The position numbers and the translations under genes were made by a program. The notes under the pieces were generated by a model. The model was not told the DNA's origin. It made no database searches and saw only the letters and a list, made by a program, of their open reading frames with translations. A stretch of 64,000 nt of DNA from Lama guanicoe (lineage: Eukaryota), in the NCBI GenBank assembly GCA_013239625.1, contig MU054323.1, forward strand, positions 20,295,082-20,359,081. Direction: 5' to 3'. Positions 1 through 12,569 of this stretch are shown here, piece after piece (the first letter of the stretch is position 1; each line of letters opens with the position of its first letter).

Positions 1-1565
1 GAAAAGCAGATGTCCACTCAAACGTTCTGGCTTCCAGGAGGCTCTTCCTTCTTCACTGTGCTTCAGAATCACTCCTGCTCTGGGCTGAAATGCTGCAGCA
101 GTATAATAACCATGGAGAGCCATCTGCCACATTCAGAGTTTTTCCTCCGCAATTGACATGTCTATGGAACTTCCATGAGACCAGACTGAGGGCTGAGGGA
201 GAAATGCCACTGCCTCAGGAGTAGAGACACTGAACCATGCCCCGTACTCCTCCTGGATGAGGAAGAGTGGTGGTCTGAGTACAGCTGAAGAGGATTTTGT
301 GGCTTAGATGAAATCTGGCTCATGGGAGGCTCAGGTTACACCATTGCTTGGTTTTCTTTTCTCAGGCTTCCAGGTAAATTGCGTGTCACACAAAGAAGAA
401 TAGTTAGGAGATAAAGAGGTCTTAGCTTGCTTAAAACCCTAGGAGGCTGTTTTTAACTGTCCTGTGAGGTTTTGCTGCGGTTGGCTCCTTTCACCATCCC
501 TCACTTTCAGCTCCATTAGATTGCTTGTTAAATTGGAGAAAATTGTATTTGCTTTAACTGCAATCCAAATACCAGCTGTGACAATCTGTTCCTGTAAGGA
601 GACCACATTAGTTGAAGTTGCCACCCAATTAAGCTTAAAATAATTGCCTTTTTCTAAACTCCATTTATTTTCTCTTCAGGCCAACCAGGTGAGTTAAATG
701 CAGAGGTGATAGGAATGGCATAGATGCTGTCCTTGAGGGTCACAAAGAGACCCCCAGCTGCGCCACGGTCTGGGAAGTACTGCTTTAACTCTCTAACCCC
801 AGTGGTACATTAGGGCAAGCTAGATGGGAGGCAGAGTGCGAGTCATCTACCCATAAAATCTGCCACAGCAGCTAAAACTGAATGTCACCAGTCATTTTGT
901 TTGAAGTTTTGATCTGCCCTGATTTGCATCTTGGATGACTAACAGATCTCCTGTTGCAGGGGAACATACTGAATATATTCTTTATTTGTGGGTCTCATAT
1001 GTAGAGACTCATTTGTCCATTTTTGAATAATTATGGCAAACAGCAAAGGCAGGCTTCCTATTTTTCTAATATGAACTACACCCGGCTATGTTCTTTTTCA
1101 GAGATTTAGGTTTTCATTTTATTTACAACAAAATAGGTCTAAATAGAGCAGTTTTGAAAAGGATGAGAAATATGCCAGAGACCAAATGACATCTAGTTGT
1201 AGGTGGCATCTTTGCAAGTTAAAGAACTCAGGCCCAATCTATTTAAATATCATTTCTAAAAGTTGTACTTTAACCCCACCTATACTCTGAGAAAAACTTT
1301 TCTGAGTAACTCATGAAATATTATCAGTCATAAGGCTTATTGTTTTTAACAAAATGGAGTTGAGAGAGATGGAATGTGTTGTCTCTAGCTGAGTAGAACT
1401 TGTTTGGGGACCATTTACTAAGAAGTAATTTCAGTTTTCTCAAACATTTCTTTCAGAACGCATCTTCCATGTGGATATTTGCCTCATTATTGTAAAGAAG
1501 TGATTTTAAAGGAAAACAGTTTCTACAGTAGCTTGTTTTCATTATCATGTTAAATATTTTTTCAG

Positions 1566-1640
1566 CTCCCTTGGAAATCGTTGACTAGCATCATTGAATA
1601 TTATTACATGTGGAAAACTACTGACAGATACGTGCAGCAG
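1566..1640 (+). CDS. MTA3: MTA3 internal coding exon (end of SANT domain), [25 protein letters not shown]
   Basis: ttttttcag|CTC...CAG|gtgagt; 75 nt, phase 0/0; translation matches MTA3 as I recall it. Upstream exons lie outside the window. Confidence 0.97.
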
Positions 1641-3357
1641 GTGAGTTTTTCATATTGCTACCAACACAATTACATTGAAGTGAACTTTCTATTTTGTGTT
1701 AATATTTCTTAGCTATATACTTAATTTTAAATTTGTTTGCTTTATCCTTTCTAGACCATTTTAAACTACATGATTTCATATCTTTATTATTTTGAGATTT
1801 TAGTCTTAATATTTTCTTCAGAGTCCATTATGATAAATATTTTGAAAAGATGGCAGGGAAGGGTACCACTAGAGAGGTACTGTTTTCCTTGCAGGTGCCT
1901 GGTCCTTTATCTCTTTGTGAGTATTCTTGACGGGAATGACTTGAGATGTGTAAAAGAGCCTCTGAAACCTCCTCATGTGTGATATTTGTACACCCCTAAG
2001 TCTTTGATCTTAACTGTGGTAGTTGGTCTTTATCAGTTTGATGCTTTGGTACTGTACATAAATTTTTCTCCAAAAATTTCTCTAAAAGCAGGGAATCACT
2101 AATTTTTTTTAATGCTTCCCAAATGTCCCAAATTGAGTAATCCTCTCAGTTACCTGTTTTGAGTAATATTACTTCTGTAGAAAGGTACAATTTCCTGAAG
2201 TGACCTTAGTCAGTACTTGTTTTTATATTCTTCTGGTCACATGTCAGAACTAGTAAAGAAAGGGGCAAATATATTTAACACAGACAATATTTTTCCAAAG
2301 TATGTGATTGGATGCTATAAATATACAATTGAAGGATCACTTTAAAAATTACCATAGTGAGTTGTTGAGACTGTGAATATTGAATAGATACCCATGGCTT
2401 GTTAGATTTCTAGCATCAACACCATATATAATTCAAAAAGTGTTTATTTCAAACATCTTAGGTAGCTGTGAAGACCATGTGCTCAGGGAGCCTGGGTAAT
2501 TCAGAGTAAAACGATTTCCTGCAGATGGTGGAGATGATGGCATTATGGATGGTTGAAATGTGTTTGGAGAAAATTATTTCCAAATATTCCAGTTCCTTCT
2601 TTAAAAGTTTTGTATCCTTAAATGTTTCTGTTTCCTTCTCATTGAGAAAATGAAGGATTGCATTATATGCTTTCTATTCTGATCTGTCTTAATTTTGGAT
2701 GTCTACCATACTTATTTTTCTTCCCTATTTGCATTTGTTATTATGTTGCTCAATCTCTGGACTTGGTCATATAATAAAAATTTTCCCCATTCCTTTCCTT
2801 GCGTTTGGCTCTTAATTGGTTCCTAAAAATGTGACATGAGTTCAGCCAAGCTTTAAAGTACACCGACTATCTCCCAGCACTTGAGGGTAGATGCTTGTTT
2901 AATTGGACTTAGATTAGTTAGTCTCTTTCTTTTGCATGGACTTTGGAAACTAATCATCTCCTGAATGATTTTCTAAAAGCAAAGATTATTTGTGTTTTTT
3001 TCCTCCCAGAAAGGTAGAAAAGAAACAAAATAGAAACAAAATTTGAAAAGTAAAAATGGTTACTTTATCTGTTCATCCATTCATGGAAGAATGGATAATA
3101 GAGTTGTTCATTATTTTACTTTTTAAATTTATGTCTAAAATGTTGTTAATACTTGGGAGTTCTGTACCTCAGAATTTTTAGTATCTTTTCTTACAAATTA
3201 CTGCACTTTAAGAATATACACATGAAAGAAAAGCTCATCTTAAAAGGCGATTTTTGAATTGTGCTTTAGTATTTTATTTTCTTGTGGATTTTTAAAACGA
3301 ATTAGTAATAATTACTAGACATTGTGTGTAAAATATTTTATCTGTCTTTTGAATTAG

Positions 3358-3416
3358 AAACGTCTAAAAGCAGCAGAAGCTGAGAGTAAACTGAAACAAG
3401 TGTATATCCCAACTTA
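3358..3416 (+). CDS. MTA3: MTA3 coding exon KRLKAAEAESKLKQVYIPT(Y)
   Basis: attag|AAA CGT...ACT TA|gtaagt; 59 nt, continues the frame of the previous exon. Confidence 0.97.
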
Positions 3417-4456
3417 GTAAGTAATGGAAATCTTTTAAATTTTTTGCCTTGGAATTAATTCTGTCAGAAACAAAATAGGTACATTTGGTCAGTTTCAGCC
3501 AAATTTGAATTTCTTTATGTACCTTATTTTCTTCCACTATAAAACACAGTTTGCTTTCCATTATAATGCCACTACAATGATTTTTTAGAAAGAAAAATGG
3601 TTAGTGGGAGTATCCCCAAGTAGACTAACAAAAGGACAAGAAGAAAAAACCATGTACCATATTTATATCAAAGCTGCAGGAAAAGTGTTAGAAAACTAAC
3701 CTATGAAACTGTTATTTGAAGCAAATGTGTTTCAGAAAGCTAACATCTTTTGAAACTTCTGTATTGTATAATGTATTTTGTTGGGTTAGTGTGCATTGCT
3801 CTTTTGAGGTATGTTGTTTATTTGATTGCGGATTTTACATTATTTGCTTGGGAAAGGTCAGGGAAAGCAATTAGAACCAAACTTTGTAAATATTGGTTAA
3901 GTAATAAACAGACTTCGATTGTTTCAGATGCCTAGCATTCTATCATTATTATCCTTTGAGGTTAGAAATCATTGTCATATCAAGATGAATGCCAGTTTTC
4001 TTTTCATTAAATCAATTATCTTTGTTTGAGGTCTTTAGATTTTGACAGTTCACGTGTTCAGGAAAATTTAGTTTATTGAGCACAATGTATGTAGTGCTAT
4101 CCTAGGTTCTTTGCTGATTAAAATGAAATTTACTACAGAGTTCTATGTATTGATTCAAGATTTTTCCCCTTTTGAGCTCAGTACACTTGTTTTATACCTA
4201 GCCTTTTGATTGCTAAATTTTGATATAGTAATACATATTTTTATACGTAGGAGTCTCATGGACAATGAATTGTGGTATTTCTTACGAATCGTTTATCTCA
4301 AGGCAGAAAACATGTAATTTACACAGTCCATAATTTTTATTCAGAGCTGTAATGTCCCTTCTGCAGAGTGGTTTCTAGTATTTTAGTAAATTACGTAATT
4401 TATTTGACTAATTTTTGAAAGAACAACCCTCCAAAGAAAAAATTGTTGTGGAAGTA

Positions 4457-4535
4457 GGGGAAGTATATAGTTCAGTGGTAGAGTGTGTGCTTGGTGTGCA
4501 CGAGGTCCTGGGTTCCATCCTGGTGCCTCTGTTAA
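4457..4535 (+). mobile_element. tRNA-derived SINE, camelid Vic-1-like (degenerate)
   Basis: ggggaagtatatagttcagtggtagagtgtgtgcttggtgtgcacgaggtcctgggttccatcc: Pol III A box and B box; related to the copy at 61016. Confidence 0.7.
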
Positions 4536-4711
4536 GGGGGGAAAATCTGTCGTGATTTCTGTGTCTTAGATTTTCAAAAGCACACCAGCTTTCTTATACT
4601 TTGTAGGTCTGTCACATCAAAGGAAAGGTACATTTGACCAGTTTTCACCAAGTAACCCAGATAATTATTTCTATTTTGTTTTACATTGACTTTTGGAGTC
4701 TTGATCTAAGT

Positions 4712-4898
4712 CAAGGACCAGTGTGCAGACCAAATCTGACCTGCCACCAGATTTTATAAATGAAGTGTTATTGGAACACAGCCATGTTCATCCATTTATG
4801 TACTAAGTCTCCTTTTGTGCTACAATGGCAGCATTCAGTGGTTGTGACTGAAATTATAATACCCACAAAGCTTAAAATATTTACTCTGCCAACCCCTG
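4712..4898 (-). mobile_element. MER58-like hAT-Charlie MITE
   Basis: ttattggaacacagccatg...aaaatatttact...ctgccaacccctg resembles the reverse complement of the MER58A consensus as recalled. Confidence 0.7.
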
Positions 4899-5129
4899 AT
4901 GAAAGTGAATGATTTTTAGAGATTGAGATGGAGTTTCTAATGATACTTTTTCTAAAGGTAATATAAATCATATATGTAAATAGAATATATGTAAATAGAA
5001 GTTATGAATCTGTATTGTTGAGTTGGATAAGAATCTGAGTTCTTTGAAGAATTAATTCTGAAACATTATTTTAAGACAAATAATAGATTAAGAATTGTTT
5101 TATACTGTCACTCTTTCGAGTCTGCAGTC

Positions 5130-6430
5130 TCCTGTATGCAAGCACTCTGTTCAGTACTGTTCAGTTAAGAAGACAGGTTGTCTTTCTGGAGCCTACATTC
5201 TATTGTGGGGGAGACAAGCCAAACAGCTAGTCACCCAGTGTGGTGAGTACTGTGTTGGAGAGGAATAGCTTTTGTGAGTGCATATGCTAGGAGACCACTC
5301 TCAGTTGATGCCGTCAGGAAAGATTCCTTGAGGAGGTGAGTTTGCATGAACTCTGGACGAGGAGGAAGAGGAGGAATTAACCATGTGATAGAGGCTTTCC
5401 AGGCCAAAGGGATCATGAGATGGGAAGGGACAGAACATAGTTAAGGAGCTGAGAGAAAGGCAGTGGGGCTGGTGTGAAGAGAGAGTGGTGAGCCATGGGA
5501 GGCCAGTATGGTAGGTAAGGGCCAGAAGTTACTCATCTGATGAACAGCAGAAATGGATTTTAAACAAGGAAGTGTCATGATCAAGTTTGTATATACTTTA
5601 TGATCACTGGCTGTATTTTAGAAAGTGGTATGGGGGAGGGGAGAGTGGCTGTAAGGAGGCCAACAATGAAGTTCTTGGAGAGGAAAGTTGGACCTAGAGC
5701 TGTGGCCTGGAAATGGTGTGCTGCTTAGAGGTGACTGACTTGTATGGAGGGATAGAGGGGAGATGTCAAGTTGAGTCCCAGGTTTCTGGCTAGCACAGCT
5801 AGGGGAATTGCTTTGCTGGTCACCAAAAGAGGTGTTGAATATGCTGTTGGATATATTGGTCTTAAACTCGGGAAAGCTATGGGCTAGAGGTACAGATTTG
5901 AGCTTCATCCGCATATAATATTGTGCTTAAAACTATGGATGAGATTTCTTAGGAAGTAATGAGGAAAAAGGCTTTGGACCAAACTTGAGTATTTCTTGGA
6001 CCAAATCTAGTATTTCTGTATCAGGTAGAGTATAGTAACCAGGTGAGTACATTATCACACAAGTTGAGGGAGAAGTATGTTTCCAGGAGGGAAAGAGGTT
6101 AACAGCATCAAATGCTAGTGAAAACTAGCCAGGGAATTTAGCAACATAGAGGTCATCGGTGATCTTCAGTGTAGTGCTGAGGACTGCAGACAGTGAAGGT
6201 TGGAAACTCAAGATAACTGGCCAGAAAAGGCAGCCGAGGGAGAGTTCTTGGCTTTGAGGGGTGAGTTGGGATACAGTAATGAAAGTTTTTTAAATAGGAG
6301 AAATATGTTTACAAGTTAATGAGGAGGGTCCAAGAAAGAGAATCAGTGTACAAAGTTCTCAAGAGGGCAGAAGGGGTGGAATCTGGAGCACAGACGAAGA
6401 GAGGAAAAGTTTGGGCATTAGCTAAAGGAA
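5130..6430 (-). mobile_element. Degenerate LINE-2
   Basis: Purine-rich tract with typical antisense L2 phrases (ggagcctacattctattgtgggggagac, gagtcccaggtttctggct, gggctagaggtacagatttgag). Confidence 0.7.
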
Positions 6431-8356
6431 GGGCAGTTTCATATAATGCAGCTTTAAAAGTTTTTTTTAAATATATTTATCTTACAGTCAAAGTTTATTC
6501 AGATGGTCACATTGACATCAGCCATTTGTCCCCTGAGAATTAATCTGTAGGTACCTGGTTTTACAAAACATTTTAAGTGGTTCACATGTCTACATTCAGT
6601 CTTTGCACGCTCATTTTCCTTTTGTGATGATTAGAATTAAGGTCAGTGTTTTATTCAGTCGAACAACATTCTAGATTCAATTGAATAACTAAAGTCATGT
6701 TTACTCTCATTCTTTTTTTCAGGCAGCTCAACTGCAAGTTCGTATTAGCTCCTTTTCAATGCATGTATTTAGCCCTGGGTTAAATGACAGAAATTTTCAT
6801 ATTTGGGGGAAGTCTTTTGACATTATCAGCCATTTGACTTCAAGGGGCCATCATTTCTATCTATATAGTAGGTTTAAAAAATAAGAAATATTTTTACATA
6901 TCCCTGGAATTCTTAGTCATTGTAAATCACGACTTTTCATTTTGTACATTTCCAACAGAAAAATTTTGGAAAAATGAGAAATTCATTCTGTCTAGGTTAA
7001 AATGTGTTTTTGAAATCAATTTGTCTTCAAAATACATTGCTGGCACAGATTAGAAGTGTAAATAATAGCCCTGTCTATAGAATGGGGCCCTCGGTGCACA
7101 CAGAGGCTAAGTGATGCTTTCTGAGGTGGTGATGGGGTGTCACCTAACAGTTACAGTAACAGCACCAGAAAGAATTCTTAATTTGTCATCAGGCCAAATT
7201 TACATATTGGGCTTTCACCGGTAAATGTAAACGTGGGAATGAGAAACAGGAAAAAGAAAACTCATGAGCCTACTCTGTGGGGAAATTCCAAGTGTCTTGA
7301 AGGTTGTGAGCTCCATTAGTTCAGTAGCCACAGGAAGAAAGGGTGTGGTCTGCATTTAATCGTTCAGCAGTATTCGTTTCTAACAAATAATTTGCTAATT
7401 GACCTTGCTTATTTTCTGCCCAGCAAATAGACATGAAAGCTCCTCTAGAATGGAAGTTCCTTGATGTTGGCACTTTGGTTTACTAGGCACTGAATAAATA
7501 TATGTTGAATGAATTATGAGTGTACTGAGGACATGTTATGTATACTTGTGCAGTATTCTTGGGTATGACTTTTAAGCAACGGAGTTAGCTGACCTAGATG
7601 GGGAAAAGGTAGCCATGTTTGCACAGTAAATACCAAGGTAGTCTAGGCTCCATGTTTCTGAGGAATTGTAGCCTCTGGGGAATCTGATAGATGTTACCTT
7701 TTTCCTCTAAAAAAGGAAATAGCTCAAAATACACGTGTTGGTTTTTCTAATTTCAAGTTATGTAATATTCCTCATTAAAAACTCAAACATAATAGAAATC
7801 ATGAGTGGTCACAGTATCCCAAAATGCTGACTCACCTCTAGAGATACACCCTGTTGATCCACAGTGTCTGTTGAGCTTGTGGCTTTCGTGCAGTTCCCTT
7901 GAGAGCCAGTGGGTAGGGTCAGCAGCTGTCACACCAACAGCAGGAATGGGACAGTGGTTTTCTCTAAACACAGCACACTGCCTTTGGCTTCATTTATTTG
8001 ATCCAAAAGTTATTTTATTTTCTCAGCAGAATTTATGATAAGTGATAAAACTTAATAACTTATATCTTTCAAAAAAGTATCAGAGGGTGTCCTCAGGAAA
8101 TTGTTTTGGATGGAGAGGAGATATGGCTGTATTTAATTTCGTGAGTGTTGGGCTTAAGAGACTGGCTTTTACATAGCCTTGGTTTGTAATGATTAATTGT
8201 TTTGGTTCATTTTTACTCTTACCAGTGTATTTCATTTTCACCGAACATTCAGATGTTTATTTATGTGTAATTAAGATAGATCAGTAATGAAATATAGAGC
8301 CTTTTGCTTTGTTATACAAGTCATTTTTATCACTTCACTTTATATTTCATTGAAAG

Positions 8357-8481
8357 CAGCAAACCAAATCCCAATCAGATATCCACCAGCAATGGCAAAC
8401 CAGGTGCTGTGAATGGAGCCGTGGGAACCACGTTCCAGCCACAGAATCCTCTCCTTGGGCGAGCCTGTGAGAGCTGCTATG
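8357..8481 (+). CDS. MTA3: MTA3 coding exon (Y)[41 protein letters not shown], first CxxC of the GATA-type zinc finger
   Basis: aag|C AGC AAA...TAT G|gtaagt; 125 nt; contained in ORF 8304..8762. Tandem acceptor aagcag (see findings). Confidence 0.96.
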
Positions 8482-10004
8482 GTAAGTTTTCTCCAGCAGA
8501 GCAGTTTTCTCCCTCCTTTGAAACTGGAGTGGGTGAAGGGCAGGGGACTCTGCTGCCCCTGTGGGGTGCGAGGTGTGAGGGTTCAGTGCGGCACAGAGGC
8601 CTGCACAGAGAATTCGTAGCCTCAGTGAGCAGATGCACCTCCTCACCTTCTGCTGGGATGCTGAATCTAGGTATTGGGTTTCCTTTGATTTGCTTCTGTG
8701 ATGTCCTGTGTTTATTGAATATTCCACAGCAGTGTTTGCTAAGCTGCGTTCAGAGTTGTTAATTAGCTTTGTGCAAACCGTGGTCCCACAAAATACACCA
8801 AACCTCCTTTTGGAGTTTCTCAGTATATTTAACAAATTAAAGGCTCCAAAGAATTCTGTGGGAAAGACCAGTGTGTGGATACACTGCTATTTATAGTCCT
8901 CAGACCAGGTTTCCTCAGAGCACTGGTTTGGAAGATGCTGTTCTGTGATGCTTGCTTTTGGCCTCAGGGCCCTGGTGTACTTTTCATTATTTATTCATGT
9001 AAAAACCCAACAGACACTGGCAGTATTATATCTGCCCTTGATGTTAAATTGGGTTGGTGAGATGAACTGTTAGGTAGTCAGTACATTCTTAATATTTATT
9101 TAAAACCTCAGAAAACAATGTAATCTCTTAAATTGGACATTGGTGACACGATCATCTCTTTCTTTCCAATCAAAGTGGCCTCGTGTGGAAGAAGAAAGGA
9201 CTCTAATATTTATTAAAAGTCTGCTTGTTGCCCAGTTTTTGTCTCTCAGCAGCTCTTTGGGGTGAGGGGTAGCCTACTGCCATAAGGACATAGGGATAAA
9301 GAACATTTGTGACTCGGCTCCATACTCCACTAGAAAAGGCTTTTAAACCAAATCATATAATTATCTTTCCTGCAACCAAGGAAGGTGTGAGCCAGACAGA
9401 TTATTGTCTTCATAGAAATAGCACATGTCTAACCATTTTCTGCACCATGGGAGAACAAAGGGAAACACTTTGTGGAAAATCAGGTTATTTTAGTCAGAAT
9501 TTTACATCGATTACATCATAACTGTTTTTGAATTGGGAATTCTTAGATTTTGAAGTTCACTTATATTTCAATGAAAATGAATAGAATCTTATAAATGGTG
9601 GCTTAATTTTGACTTACAAACTCCTTTCACATTAAGTATAGTCTCACATATCTCTTTAAATAGTTACTCCATTATTTTAATGTGTACATGACAAATAAGC
9701 AGTTTTAATTTTATAAGATTTATTTTATGTGTATATATTTGTCTGTCATAAAAATGTACCTTAATATAACATACATATAAGATCTATCTTTATATATAAA
9801 GAAAGGTAGAATTTGGTGTTTTCTGTTTGTCACTCTTTAACTGAATTTGAGTTAATTATGTAAAGGGAAAGGCATTTATTGACGTATTAAAATGACATGT
9901 AATGATTTATTTGGGTAAAAATGTATATTTAAATACAAGTGGCATTTTATATTCAGAATCCAGGTTCATGCCTAATATTTAGGTTTCTTTTTTAATTTTT
10001 AAAT

Positions 10005-10172
10005 TATAATTTTTTAATTGAAATGTAGTTGATTTACAACATTAGTTTCAGGTGTACAGCAAAGCAATTTGTTTATGCATAAACATACACACACACATAT
10101 ATTTTCATATTCTTTTCCATTATATCTTATTACAAGAAATTGAGTGTAATTCCCTGTCCTATATAGTAGGTT
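10005..10172 (-). mobile_element. 5'-truncated L1 3' end (laurasiatherian type)
   Basis: T-rich lead-in then ttgaaatgtagttgatttacaa...gtttcaggtgtacagc...ttccctgt...agtagg. Confidence 0.7.
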
Positions 10173-11218
10173 AAGATTCTTAAAATTTGTGTTTAAAAAA
10201 AATCAGCTTTTTTTTAAATTATAAGAGGAAAGGTTTTAGGCTGCTATTTGCAAGGAGTCCTCCAAGAATAACACATGATGGGTGCCCAGTATTATTTTCA
10301 ATAAATCAAGTGCAGTTTGATTGTAATGGTCACTATATTTTTTCTTTCTGACATTGGTTTGTTAATGTGTTAGTTGGTACCTTGATGTGCTATTTGAACA
10401 TTTTGATCTGATGAAGGTAACTTAGAGATCAGGGGAAGAATATTCCAAGGCAGACTTAGAGAATCATAATAATTTTTTATGTACTTCATTAACTTAATGT
10501 TTAGTGTCAGTGTTTTCTATCTTAAACTTAAGATCCATTGAGGGAATACTTTAAATGTTATATAGCAGTAATTTAAACTGCAGAGCAAAATAAAACAGGT
10601 TTATAGTGTTTCGCTAAGGAATAAATCAACCAAGTTATCAACCCTTGTAAGCATGCTGTGGTCTCAGCTGCACATGCTTATTTGATAGGGACTAGTCTGG
10701 AAAGGGATTCTGTTTTTAAAGGGAGAAATAGTAAAATAATTATTTTATCTATTGATTAAAATAAAGGAATGGAAAACATACCGCTTCCTGTCAGACTTCT
10801 GCCTTTATCAGTGGGACTCCTCTAAGCACCTTAAACCTTGAGGTGGTTTCTGAACCATTGGCTCATAATAATACTTTTCTGATAACTTATTTTCAGACAT
10901 GTACGCAATAGAGAATATTTTAAATTAACAAACAAAAACTCCTTCCGTAGCACAACATATAAGGGTACTTCCTCTAATTACTGTTAATAGGGGCCACAGG
11001 CACTTGATACACACAGAAATAAATGGCTTAATGAATTCTGCCTTGAAAAATACATGCGCCTATGAGACTCATCTTTGCCTGGTAAACTGGGAGAAGAAAA
11101 ATAACATCGTAAACTAAGGATGGCCTTGGAATATTTGTGAGATATTTGATTATATGTGTGTTGATGTTACAAATAATATGGCATTCTTTGTTTCTTCTTG
11201 TTTTTCTTCCATCTTTAG

Positions 11219-11370
11219 CTACACAGTCGCATCAGTGGTATTCTTGGGGCCCACCTAATATGCAGTGTAGATTATGTGCAACCTGTTGGCTCTATTGGAA
11301 AAAATATGGAGGCTTGAAAATGCCCACCCAGTCAGAAGAGGAGAAGTTATCTCCCAGCCCAGCTGCAGAG
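11219..11370 (+). CDS. MTA3: MTA3 coding exon (A)[50 protein letters not shown], rest of the GATA zinc finger
   Basis: Long pyrimidine tract, tttag|CT...GAG|gtacgt; 152 nt; contained in ORF 11137..11388. Confidence 0.97.
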
Positions 11371-12234
11371 GTACGTGAGCCTTTTTAACGTTGAGCAATG
11401 TCGTATGTTTCAGTGGTTAGATCGCTCTTTGAAAACCCAGAAGTACAATATAGGATAACTTAAAAACAATCAAAGAGATTATAGCTAAACAGCACCAAAA
11501 TGTTTAGGGTGGGTCTGGAGAGAGGGACAGGGACAAGTCCAATTTTTTCAGGTATTTTAAATACTGGTCTTGAGAGATTACTCAGACAAAAGAAGAATAA
11601 TGTATGTGGGAGGTGTTACAGCATAAGTGGAGAGCTTACAAATTAAATGTTTGTTTTAATTGCTTTTTTGAAAACAGTTTACAACCTTTAGGTACTGTTA
11701 AAAGTATATTTTATTGCATAAAAAAATAAATACAAACTGAGCATTTTTTTCTGTCCCTGGGCTGTCATAGGAGGGACAAGAAGACATGGGCTCAATATTG
11801 ATGTGAACAACAGTAAAGCAAGATTTTGGTAAAATTCTCATAGATGGCAGGTATCAGGCATCTATGTCCACCAAATGGAGACTGTTCGTTTTGAATGCTA
11901 ACAAGATTTAAGGACCCCCTTTAGTATTTTTTTAAGTAGTCTGATTAACCCTCTGGCAATTTTTTTTGACTATTGTGAATGTGATTTTGGATTGTTAAGG
12001 TCACTTTAGAAGGAAAAAATACAGAATCGCATTAACACTGCTACTTCTACCCAGTTTCCTTCTTTACTTTCTACCTCCTTCCCAAAAGTACACACTTTTA
12101 AATCCTATCCTCTTTATGTTGAGTTATATATTCTTCAGTGAAAGACTTAAACATTGCACTTTAAGGAGGATGCAAGTAGTACTGTATTTGACAATTTCTG
12201 TTCTTTACATGTTTGTTGGTGTCTGATTTTGCAG

Positions 12235-12457
12235 GACCCTCGCGTTAGAAGTCACATGTCTCGCCAGGCCATGCAGGGGATGCCGGTCCGAAACACTGGG
12301 AGCCCCAAGTCTGCAGTGAAGACCCGCCAAGCTTTCTTCCTTCACACTACATATTTCACAAAATTTGCTCGTCAGGTCTGCAAAAATACCCTCCGGCTGC
12401 GGCAGGCAGCAAGACGGCCGTTTGTTCCTATTAATTATGCTGCCATTAGGGCAGAAT
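12235..12457 (+). CDS. MTA3: MTA3 coding exon [74 protein letters not shown]
   Basis: ttttgcag|GAC...GAA T|gtaaga; 223 nt; contained in ORF 12154..12480. Confidence 0.97.
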
Positions 12458-12480
12458 GTAAGATGCTTTTAAATTCTTAA
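12458..12480 (+). CDS. MTA3: MTA3 short-isoform C-terminus from read-through of the donor: (C)KMLLNS*
   Basis: Frame continues T/GT AAG ATG CTT TTA AAT TCT TAA; same ending I recall for the short MTA3 isoform; AATAAA follows at 12564. Confidence 0.85.
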
Positions 12481-12563
12481 CCTTATATGTTGTGCTTCTG
12501 ACCATTTCCCTCTTTCCCTTTCTCTCTCTCTGTTTTTTTGTTTTTGTTTTTGTTTTTGTTTGC

Positions 12564-12569
12564 AATAAA
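12564..12569 (+). terminator. MTA3: Intronic polyadenylation signal for short MTA3 isoform
   Basis: AATAAA 84 nt after the read-through stop, preceded by (GTTTTT)n and followed by T/GT-rich sequence. Confidence 0.75.

Noticed and set aside
11839..11866. Inverted repeat CATAGATG...CATCTATG as a structured RNA
   Set aside because: Only an 8-bp stem, expected by chance in 64 kb; no miRNA- or snoRNA-like context.
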